40,625 nucleotides of DNA from UHGV virus genome UHGV-0137877; one strand, written 5' to 3'. A program made the translations under genes and the position numbers. The first letter of the stretch is position 1. Each line of letters begins with the position of its first letter. The notes beneath the pieces are model-generated. The model did not search any database. It saw only the letters and a program-made list of their open reading frames with translations, and was not told the DNA's origin. Below, one piece after another: positions 27,931-36,300 of this stretch. This DNA comes from a virus.

Positions 27931-30405
27931 ATGAGACAGGAATGTATACAAGCGGTCCAGCAGGCGGCGCAGCGCACGTTAACGGCGCGAGAAATACAGA
28001 ACATTGAAGACCGCATTTATCGCAATATGCGCTCCATTGCTCGTGATGACCCTATGTCGTGGCGACAACTTTCCGAGTCAGAGCGGCTGTATCGTGCAGC
28101 ACAATTGGCATCTGAAGAATTACAGCGAGAAGCGGCATTAAAGAAACGTCGTGTGGCTCTTACTATAGCCGCACGTCAGAGATTGGATAAATTTATCAAT
28201 AGCTATCAAGGGGCTGATGGGAAACTTGGCGCTCTTAACCGTACTATTGCTTTTAATGCAGACGGTAAATCGAATTTCCTCTCTGTTGAGTCCAGAACAA
28301 AAGCCACTCGTGATTATGCATTGAGTCAATTGCAGGAGGCATTCGAAGCAGTTGATCCTCGCTTTTTTGGCCTGTTTGAAGATGAAGCGGGCGTGCGTGA
28401 CCTGGTATATGAAATGCGAGGGCAAAATACTGGCAATGCTAAAGCAAGAAAAGGTGCTAAGGCGTGGAGAGAAGTGACAGATCTACTCCGCCGCCGGTTT
28501 AATGATGCTGGTGGGGACATTGGCTATCTCGAAAACTGGGGGATCCCTCAACATCATTCTATGGAAAAGGTTGGGGCGGTATCAAAAGATAAATGGGTTA
28601 GCGATGTTATAGGTAAGCTGGATCGCAAATATTATACCCGAGCCGATGGACAACTGATGAACGATGCCGAGTTGTCTGCATTTCTTGGAGAGGCTTATAA
28701 CACGATCGCTACTGGTGGGCTGAATAAGCTTACTGATACCGGAATGCGAATTTCCGGCGCACGTGCTAACCGTGGTAATGCATCACGACAGATACATTTC
28801 AAAGATGCAGATTCCTATCTGCAATATCAGCAACTTTATGGCGATCGCTCTCTATGGGAAATCATGGTCGGTCACCTGGAAGGTATCAGTAAAGATATTG
28901 CACTGGTGGAAACATATGGCCCAAACCCCGATCATGTTTTCCGCTCCCTTCTTGATCTGGTTAAGGCAGAAACGGCAACAGCTAACCCGAGTAAAACCGG
29001 TAAAGTCGAGCGGCTGGCGAACAACACAGAGAATCTGTACAACTTTATTTCTGGAAAGACACAGCCTGTAGCGAATCCGCACATCGCGCGATGGTCTGAC
29101 AATATCCGCAACTGGCTGGTTGCCAGCAGACTCGGATCCGCGTTGCTGTCATCGTTCTCTGATCTTGGAACCATGTATCTGTCTGCGAAGGTTACCAACC
29201 TTCCAATGAACCAGTTATTCCGCAACCAGCTTGAAGCTATGGACCCAACGAACCGTACAGAACTTGCGCGGGCGCGCCGCGCTGGTCTGGCGATGGAATC
29301 TCTACTTGGCAGCGTTAACCGCTGGGCGATGGATAATATGGGGCCGTCAGTGTCTCGTTGGGCGGCAACGGCCGTAATGCGTGCCAGTGGGCTTACAGCA
29401 TGGTCAGATGCGCACAAGCGCGCCTATGGCGTAACCATGATGGGAAGCCTGGGAGAAGTAGTGTCACGGACACCAGACCTTCGTAGCCTCGATGACTCTG
29501 ATTTTCGTATCCTGAAAAGCAAAGGGATTACTGACACAGACTGGAGCGTATGGAAGCTGGCGCAACAGGAGGACTGGGGGAACGGTAATAATACGATGCT
29601 GACACCGGAAAGCATTATGCGTATCCCTGATTCAGCAGTTAAACATCTTGGTGAGCCTGAACGAGTGAAATTTGAGGCAATGCGTAAACTGCTCGGTGCC
29701 GTAACTGAAGAAGTTGATATGGCTGTTATTACACCGGGAGCACGTGAGCAACTGATAACCGGTTCTGGTATTCAGCGTGGAACATGGAAAGGTGAATTAA
29801 CGAGAAGTGTTTTCCTGTTTAAATCGTTCCCTATCTCGGTTGTTATGCGTCACTGGTCACGCGCTATGGGTATGCCGTCTGCTGGTGGGCGTGCGGCATA
29901 TATTGCGACGTTTATTGCCAGTACGACCATTCTTGGCGCTTTGTCGCAGCAACTTAACGACCTTGCGTCTGGTCGTAATCCTCGAGAGATGACAGGAGAA
30001 GGTGCCGCAAAATTCTGGCTTGGTGCTCTACTGAAAGGTGGTGGCCTTGGCCTTTACGGTGACTTTTTATTGTCAGATCACACTAGGTACGGAAGCGGCG
30101 CGCTGGCGTCGATGCTTGGCCCGGTAGCTGGTCTGGTTGATGACGTAGTGAAGATTGCTCAGGGCATACCGTTAAATGCTGTGGAAGGGAAGAGTGAGCA
30201 GACTGGTGGTGATCTGGTGAAGCTGGGGAAAGGTTTGATGCCAGGTGCGAATCTCTGGTACTTAAAGGCGGCTCTCGATCATATGATCTTTAACCAGATG
30301 CAGGAGTATTTTTCACCAGGCTATTTGCGTAAAATGGAGCAACGTTCGAAGAAAGAGTTTAATCAGACATACTGGTGGCGACCTCAGGATGTCACTCCGC
30401 AATAA
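27931..30405 (+). CDS. Internal virion/ejection protein (gp16-like, second part)
   Basis: 824 aa; GAGAGG RBS; last large gene of the ejection block. Confidence 0.45.
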   Translation: MRQECIQAVQQAAQRTLTAREIQNIEDRIYRNMRSIARDDPMSWRQLSESERLYRAAQLASEELQREAALKKRRVALTIAARQRLDKFINSYQGADGKLGALNRTIAFNADGKSNFLSVESRTKATRDYALSQLQEAFEAVDPRFFGLFEDEAGVRDLVYEMRGQNTGNAKARKGAKAWREVTDLLRRRFNDAGGDIGYLENWGIPQHHSMEKVGAVSKDKWVSDVIGKLDRKYYTRADGQLMNDAELSAFLGEAYNTIATGGLNKLTDTGMRISGARANRGNASRQIHFKDADSYLQYQQLYGDRSLWEIMVGHLEGISKDIALVETYGPNPDHVFRSLLDLVKAETATANPSKTGKVERLANNTENLYNFISGKTQPVANPHIARWSDNIRNWLVASRLGSALLSSFSDLGTMYLSAKVTNLPMNQLFRNQLEAMDPTNRTELARARRAGLAMESLLGSVNRWAMDNMGPSVSRWAATAVMRASGLTAWSDAHKRAYGVTMMGSLGEVVSRTPDLRSLDDSDFRILKSKGITDTDWSVWKLAQQEDWGNGNNTMLTPESIMRIPDSAVKHLGEPERVKFEAMRKLLGAVTEEVDMAVITPGAREQLITGSGIQRGTWKGELTRSVFLFKSFPISVVMRHWSRAMGMPSAGGRAAYIATFIASTTILGALSQQLNDLASGRNPREMTGEGAAKFWLGALLKGGGLGLYGDFLLSDHTRYGSGALASMLGPVAGLVDDVVKIAQGIPLNAVEGKSEQTGGDLVKLGKGLMPGANLWYLKAALDHMIFNQMQEYFSPGYLRKMEQRSKKEFNQTYWWRPQDVTPQ

Positions 30406-30414
30406 GGAAGTGTT

Positions 30415-30588
30415 GTGTTTTTAATTATTTTGAGTGTGATAATTTCTGGTGGGTTGTTATTTATTGACCGCTACAAATATTTTCTTAACCCTCAGACTCA
30501 AGCTATTTGCTGGTTCATCTTTGTTGTGCAGGGAATAGTTCTTGTTGCAAGCCTTATTGAGGGGAGGCCTCTGATTTTTACTGGGTAA
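30415..30588 (+). CDS. Small hydrophobic protein (57 aa, GTG start; not in ORF track)
   Basis: GTG at 30415 just after AAGGAAG; two predicted transmembrane segments; open frame to TAA at 30586-30588. Confidence 0.25.
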   Translation: MFLIILSVIISGGLLFIDRYKYFLNPQTQAICWFIFVVQGIVLVASLIEGRPLIFTG

Positions 30589-30600
30589 ATAGGTGACTAC

Positions 30601-30897
30601 ATGCAAGCGATAGGATTCATTGTTTATATCGTCGTTGGCCTTTTTCAGTTGGCAGCAATTATGGCTGGGCTTGAATCATGGTGGGGATTGCACTGGATAA
30701 TTGCAGCCCCCATTGCTTTCATCGTGAGCTATATTCCATTTGTTGGAGCGATTGTTGGTATGGTTGGCGCTGTGGATGTATGGCGGTGGGAGTGGTGGCA
30801 GGCTGGCCTTCTCTTCTTTGGTGGGATCATCTTTGCTATTGTCTGCGGTGGAATGTCATCATTTTTCGAATGGCTATCATTCAGAAAAGGGACGTGA
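30601..30897 (+). CDS. Trp-rich integral membrane protein
   Basis: 98 aa; AGGTGA RBS; three or four hydrophobic helices; last gene of the late operon. Confidence 0.55.
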   Translation: MQAIGFIVYIVVGLFQLAAIMAGLESWWGLHWIIAAPIAFIVSYIPFVGAIVGMVGAVDVWRWEWWQAGLLFFGGIIFAIVCGGMSSFFEWLSFRKGT

Positions 30898-30905
30898 CAT
30901 GTCAC

Positions 30906-30930
30906 AGGCCGCTTTCGCGGCCTTGTTTTT
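30906..30930 (+). terminator. Rho-independent terminator ending the late operon
   Basis: AGGCCGC-tttc-GCGGCCT followed by TGTTTTT. Confidence 0.65.
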
Positions 30931-30970
30931 AACGAATGCCACCGCCACCCGGGCGGGAATCCGCAGACAC

Positions 30971-30992
30971 AAAAAAGCCCGCAGAGCGGGCT
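30971..30992 (-). terminator. Rho-independent terminator after the DUF2335-like gene
   Basis: AGCCCGC-aga-GCGGGCT followed by a U6 run on the minus strand; overlaps the stop codon. Confidence 0.6.
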
Positions 30993-31540
30993 TACTTTTC
31001 TTCAGGTTTATTGTCTTCAGATTTCTTCTTGATGCTTGGTTTTTGTCTAAGAACGAAAATACCAGCCACTGCAACAACTGTACCGATCACTGTGCCTGCT
31101 AGAACTTCATGACCTGTTAAACCTAATAATGTTGCACAAGCTACTGTAAAAATAGTTGCACTCAGGCCAAACCACTGCCCACGTTTATCTCTATTAATAG
31201 CCCCGTCAAGTGCCTTTTCCTCCATTTTCTGGCGGTGAGCAAACTCCTTCTCCGTCAGCTGGAAGATGCGTTCGGGGGCATCAGGTAAAATATCCTGATA
31301 CCCGCGAAGCAGATAGGGGGGAGGAAGCGGACCCTGAAACGCATGGTGAGCGACAACTATCTCCTGAATTTCAGGGCGATCAAGAACTCTTGTGAAGGCA
31401 TCTGGGTGTTGAATGATCTCGTTACTTAGCCCTTCCTCAACTTCCTCGAACTCAGTTTCTTCGTTATCACTTGGTTGCCCAATAGATTTTTGCATATTTG
31501 TCGAAGGACATTCCTTTAGCTTCTGGTTTTCCTCTTGCAT
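30992..31540 (-). CDS. DUF2335-like membrane protein
   Basis: 182 aa (167 if it starts at the internal ATG 31495); acidic N-terminus, PPPYLL...ERIFQLTEKEFAHRQ core, two C-terminal transmembrane helices, Lys-rich tail. Confidence 0.55.
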   Translation of the reverse strand: MQEENQKLKECPSTNMQKSIGQPSDNEETEFEEVEEGLSNEIIQHPDAFTRVLDRPEIQEIVVAHHAFQGPLPPPYLLRGYQDILPDAPERIFQLTEKEFAHRQKMEEKALDGAINRDKRGQWFGLSATIFTVACATLLGLTGHEVLAGTVIGTVVAVAGIFVLRQKPSIKKKSEDNKPEEK

Positions 31541-31793
31541 TTGAGTTTTTCCCTGTCACTATTGCCCATTTTCCGCCAGCAGGCGCTGCAATTTTTTTTC
31601 CGTTCTTTACTATATATTCAGCATAAACACGATTTTCTGACCGTCTGAGATCGTCTCCGACCATATTCATGTCTCTTGATATAACTTTGACGACAGAGTC
31701 TCTGTTTAAAGCCTTGGCATAGTTGGAGCCAGGAACGATACCCAAAGGGGTGCCAGACTCTATAGCCAGCTCCTTGACATATCTTCTGCTCAT
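31467..31793 (-). CDS. Small basic protein, overlaps the DUF2335-like gene
   Basis: 108 aa from ATG 31793 (GAGG RBS 6 nt upstream); overlaps the next ORF by 29-74 nt in another frame; own promoter with operator. Confidence 0.4.
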   Translation of the reverse strand: MSRRYVKELAIESGTPLGIVPGSNYAKALNRDSVVKVISRDMNMVGDDLRRSENRVYAEYIVKNGKKIAAPAGGKWAIVTGKNSNARGKPEAKGMSFDKYAKIYWATK

Positions 31794-31813
31794 ATGAACC
31801 TCAACCAATCGAC

Positions 31814-31847
31814 TTTACCAATCGGGTAATTTTAAACATGAGTATAA
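31814..31847 (-). promoter_or_regulatory. Promoter with operator site for the 108-aa/DUF2335-like pair
   Basis: Perfect TTACC-aatcg-GGTAA (31814-31828) 14 bp downstream of a minus-strand TATACT -10-like hexamer (31842-31847). Confidence 0.5.
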
Positions 31848-31914
31848 TGCTTTTAACTGCAACGAGTGTAAACAATTATTGATAATTGTAGGCACATCCC
31901 TGTGCCGCCGCCCG

Positions 31915-32625
31915 TCAGAAGAACCCTGCCTTGTCGTTGATGTACTCCGCGTGAGTCTGGATATCACGCAGGCATTTGCTCACACCAACGATGTAGCAGA
32001 ACATGCTGGTCAGCTCCGCCGCCGCGCCCGATACATCGTGCCCGTCTTCCTGCAACTGGTTCAGCAAATTCATCAGCAGTGAGTTCTCCGTCAGGCCGAG
32101 AACACCAGACGGCGAATGAATCAGGCTACGGTAGCCGGGCTTCAGTGGGGCGCTGTAGGTTTTGTTCTCTATCTTCATTGCCTGCATCACTGCTGATGCT
32201 GTGGCGTTGGCTACCTGGTCGGCAACCATCTTTATGCGTTCTTCCTGCGGGAGCGAGTTTTTAATGTAACTTCCGGTGCGGCGGATCTGAGGAAGAACCT
32301 CACCTGTAACCCATTTACGAAAGCGGTAGGGGATAGTGCCTGGTGTCACCGCATCGCGGCAGCGGAGGATCAGTGTGTAGAGGCCTGACTCGGAGATGAT
32401 GTTGATCTCTTTTACTCGGCTGTCAAAAATTGCACGATGTTCATGCCCTATGTTGAACATAGACCTTTCATCATCATCCAGTTTTTCAAGTGCTTGGGTG
32501 ACGTTTTGGATACGCAGCGCACTACAAACGTCTTGGGCTACAAACCATGGTTGGCCATCGATAATGATGGAACGGATAGGGTTAACAGATTCAAATTTGA
32601 AGATGGCAGTTTGAGCATTAGCCAT
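31915..32625 (-). CDS. Antirepressor (BRO-N domain plus Ant-type C-terminal domain)
   Basis: ORF track 31915..32640; preferred ATG 32625 after GGAGAT; N-terminal FKFESVNPIRSIIIDGQPWFVAQDVCSAL is a classic BRO-N start. Confidence 0.8.
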   Translation of the reverse strand: MANAQTAIFKFESVNPIRSIIIDGQPWFVAQDVCSALRIQNVTQALEKLDDDERSMFNIGHEHRAIFDSRVKEINIISESGLYTLILRCRDAVTPGTIPYRFRKWVTGEVLPQIRRTGSYIKNSLPQEERIKMVADQVANATASAVMQAMKIENKTYSAPLKPGYRSLIHSPSGVLGLTENSLLMNLLNQLQEDGHDVSGAAAELTSMFCYIVGVSKCLRDIQTHAEYINDKAGFF

Positions 32626-32781
32626 GGTGGTTATCTCCACTTAGTGATTTTAATCACCACCGCAACGCCAATTACTGGTGGTGAACTGGACAAGGTTGGC
32701 GTACCGGCCTAAGTGGTACCGGCGTCCTTTCGGACCCCTGCCCAGCCCACCATAATTCGGATATAGCTGTGCTTAACGCAT

Positions 32782-32803
32782 AAAAAAACCACGTCTGGCG
32801 TGG
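32782..32803 (-). terminator. Rho-independent terminator between the two antirepressor genes
   Basis: CCACG-ccaga-CGTGG followed by a U7 run on the minus strand. Confidence 0.6.
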
Positions 32804-32894
32804 TATGCGCCACTTAGTAACTCGGGACGCCAATCCCGGCACTGGATTTTGCCAGTGCTCAATTACTATGGCACAAGAGGAGTGCGATGTAAAT

Positions 32895-32909
32895 TTACCG
32901 CAAAGGTAA
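32895..32909. promoter_or_regulatory. Operator site (TTACC-gcaaa-GGTAA) downstream of the small antirepressor gene
   Basis: Perfect 15-bp palindrome of the operator family. Confidence 0.5.
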
Positions 32910-32940
32910 ATATAAGCACTCCACTTGGTAATTGCAAACC

Positions 32941-33198
32941 TTATCTGGTTTGTTTTCGTAATTGTTCGGCACAATAGTCGAGATGTGTTTGCAGATCCTG
33001 CATAGACATCTGTGAGCTGGTGACGTAGTTAATCAGTGCAGTCAGTTCGGCAAGTGGGCCATCGACATTAAATCCATCCTTATCGAGATCCCGGAGTAAT
33101 TTCATCAAGTGCGATCCCTCCACCAGTGACCTGACGCCTCCCGGCGTGTGAATCCTTTCGGTAAATCCGTCTTCCAGTGGATAGTGATACTGCTGCAT
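32941..33198 (-). CDS. Small antirepressor-like protein (Ant C-terminal domain only)
   Basis: ORF track 32941..33213; preferred ATG 33198 after GGAGAAG; roughly half its residues are identical to the C-terminal 85 residues of the 31915-32625 antirepressor (IHTPGGV...LMKLL..L...G..V.G..AELT...). Confidence 0.65.
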   Translation of the reverse strand: MQQYHYPLEDGFTERIHTPGGVRSLVEGSHLMKLLRDLDKDGFNVDGPLAELTALINYVTSSQMSMQDLQTHLDYCAEQLRKQTR

Positions 33199-33220
33199 CT
33201 TAATCTTCTCCATGCAATAA

Positions 33221-33236
33221 CTGTATATTTATACAG
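33221..33236. promoter_or_regulatory. LexA (SOS) box
   Basis: CTGTATATTTATACAG, a perfect CTGT-N8-ACAG palindrome with AT-rich centre, 8 bp upstream of the small antirepressor ORF. Confidence 0.8.
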
Positions 33237-33275
33237 TAGCAAATAATTTGTTTGCTATCCAGCACGTTTTGCAAA

Positions 33276-33347
33276 TTACCTGAAAGGTAATATCTATTCG
33301 TATTCACAGTCTTTCTATCCATATGTGGTTTTTCAGGTAATAGAATA
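33276..33347. promoter_or_regulatory. Tailspike promoter region: operator (33276-33290), ATGTGGTT (33323-33330), GGTAAT/TAGAAT -10-like
   Basis: Perfect TTACC-tgaaa-GGTAA; same layout as the 14657-14734 region. Confidence 0.55.
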
Positions 33348-33394
33348 ACCAGATATGCGGCGCAACGGGTGCTGCGACTATCTGGAGATTTAAC

Positions 33395-36300
33395 ATGACG
33401 GTCTCAACCGAAGTTGACCACAACGAATACACAGGTAACGGCGTTACGACATCGTTTCCGTATACTTTTCGAATTTTCAGAAAATCAGACCTGGTTGTTC
33501 AGGTGTCTGACCTGAACGGGAACGTAACAGAATTGGTTCTGGATACCGGTTATACGGTAACTGGGGCGGGAACTTATAGTGGCGGTTCTGTGGTTCTTCC
33601 GTCGCCGCTTGCTACTGGATGGCGAATTACGATAGATCGTGTGCTTGATGTAGTGCAGGAGACAGACCTTCGCAATCAGGGAAAATTTTTCCCCGAAGTG
33701 CATGAAGATGCTTTTGACTACCTGACGATGCTGATCCAGCAATGTTTTGGGTGGTTCAGACGTGCATTGATGAAACCATCTTTGCTTGCAAAATATTACG
33801 ATGCAAAGCAAAACAAAATTTCTAACCTTGCAGATCCATCACTTGAACAGGACGCTGTAAATAATCGCTCAATGCGTAATTATGTCGATGCTGCAATCGC
33901 CGGGGTTGTTGGTGGTTTTGGTTGGTTTATTCAGTATGGTTCTGGGGCTGTGTACCGAACGTTCCAGGATAAAATGCGTGATGCTATTAGCCCCAAAGAT
34001 TTTGGAGCTGTTGGTGATGGTATAAATGACGATTCCACTGCAATAAGCGCGTGCCTTGAAGCCTCATCTCCAGGTTATAAAATTGACGGATTAGGGCTTA
34101 CTTTTAAAGTATCAACTCTTCCGGATGTCAGCCGATTTAAAAATGCTCGTTTTTTATTTGAGAGAATACCGGGTCAGCCTCTTTTTTATGCTTCTGAAGA
34201 TTTTATCCAGGGAGAGTTATTTAAAATTACAGATACACCGTGGTACAACGCCTGGACGCAGGATAAAACGTTTGTATATGACAATGTCATCTATGCGCCT
34301 TTTATGGCTGGAGACCGCCATGGTGTAAATAACCTCCATGTTGCATGGGTTCGCTCAGGAGATGACGGGAAGACCTGGACAACGCCGGAATGGCTTACAG
34401 ATTTACATGAAAACTATCCCACAGTTAACTATCACTGCATGAGTATGGGGGTTGTCAGAAATCGCCTTTTTGCTGTAATTGAGACGCGGACCGTGAGCGG
34501 AAATAAACTGCAGGTTGCAGAGTTGTGGGATCGCCCAATGAGTCGCAGCCTTCGCGTTTATGGTGGTATAACGAAAGCAGCAAATCAGCAAGTCGCTTAT
34601 ATTCGCATTACTGATCACGGATTATTTGCTGGTGATTTTGTCAACTTCTCAAACTCTGGTGTTACAGGTGTTACCGGGAATATGACGGTGACTACTGTTA
34701 TTGATAAAAATACTTTTACAGTTACGACGCAAAATACCCAGGATGTGGATCAGAATAACGAGGGTAGATACTGGAGTTTTGGTACATCATTTCACTCGTC
34801 ACCATGGAGAAAAACCAGTCTTGGAACTATTCCTTCTTTTGTTGACGGAAGCACTCCTGTTACTGAGATTCACAGTTTTGCGACGATTAGCGATAACAGT
34901 TTTGCTGTTGGCTACCATAATGGTGATATTGGTCCACGCGAGCTTGGGATACTCTATTTCTCTGATGCTTTCGGTTCTCCTGGTAGCTTTGTTCGCAGAC
35001 GCATACCTGCAGAATATGAGGCGAATGCATCTGAGCCATGTGTAAAATATTATGATGGCATTCTGTATCTGACGACCAGGGGGACATTAAGTACTCAACC
35101 CGGTAGTTCATTGCACAGAAGCTCTGATTTAGGTACATCATGGAATTCTCTTCGCTTCCCAAATAATGTTCATCACTCAAACCTTCCTTTTGCCAAAGTT
35201 GGCGATGAGCTGATTATTTTTGGCAGTGAGCGCGCATTTGGTGAGTGGGAAGGAGGAGAACCTGATAACCGTTATGCAGGAAATTATCCAAGAACATTTA
35301 TGACCAGAGTTAACGTCAATGAGTGGAGTCTGGATAATGTAGAGTGGGTTAATGTTACTGATCAGATTTATCAGGGCGGAATAGTTAACTCTGCGGTTGG
35401 TGTTGGTTCAGTTTGTATCAAAGACAACTGGCTGTACTACATTTTCGGTGGGGAAGACTTTCTAAACCCATGGAGCATAGGGGATAACAACAGAAAATAT
35501 CCTTATGTTCACGATGGTCACCCGGCTGATTTGTATTGTTTCAGGGTGAAAATTAAACAGGAAGAATTTGTTTCAAGGGATTTTGTCTACGGAGCCACTC
35601 CTAACAGAACGCTTCCTACTTTTATGTCGACGTCAGGCGTGAGGACGGTTCCTGTACCCGTTGATTTCACAGATGATGTTGCCGTCCAGTCACTGACTGT
35701 CCATGCAGGTACATCAGGACAAGTTCGCGCGGAAGTCAAACTTGAGGGTAATTACGCCATTATTGCGAAGAAAGTACCGTCTGATGATGTTACCGCTCAG
35801 AGATTAATCGTTAGCGGAGGTGAAACAACGTCTTCAGCAGATGGTGCAATGATAACGTTGCATGGTTCCGGAAGCAGTACTCCACGTCGCGCGGTATATA
35901 ACGCACTCGAACATCTTTTTGAGAACGGAGATGTTAAACCTTATCTTGATAATGTAAATGCTCTTGGTGGTCCGGGAAACAGGTTCTCGACAGTTTATCT
36001 TGGCTCCAATCCTGTGGTTACCAGTGACGGAACATTAAAGACAGAGCCGGTCTCTCCTGACGAAGCATTGCTGGATGCCTGGGGTGACGTCAGGTATATC
36101 GCTTATAAATGGCTGAACGCTGTCGCTATAAAGGGGGAAGAAGGGGCGAGGATACATCATGGTGTAATCGCGCAGCAACTTCGTGATGTTCTTATTTCTC
36201 ACGGACTCATGGAAGAAGAAAGCACAACATGCCGCTATGCCTTTCTTTGCTATGACGATTATCCCGCAGTATATGATGACGTCATTACTGGCCAAAGGGA

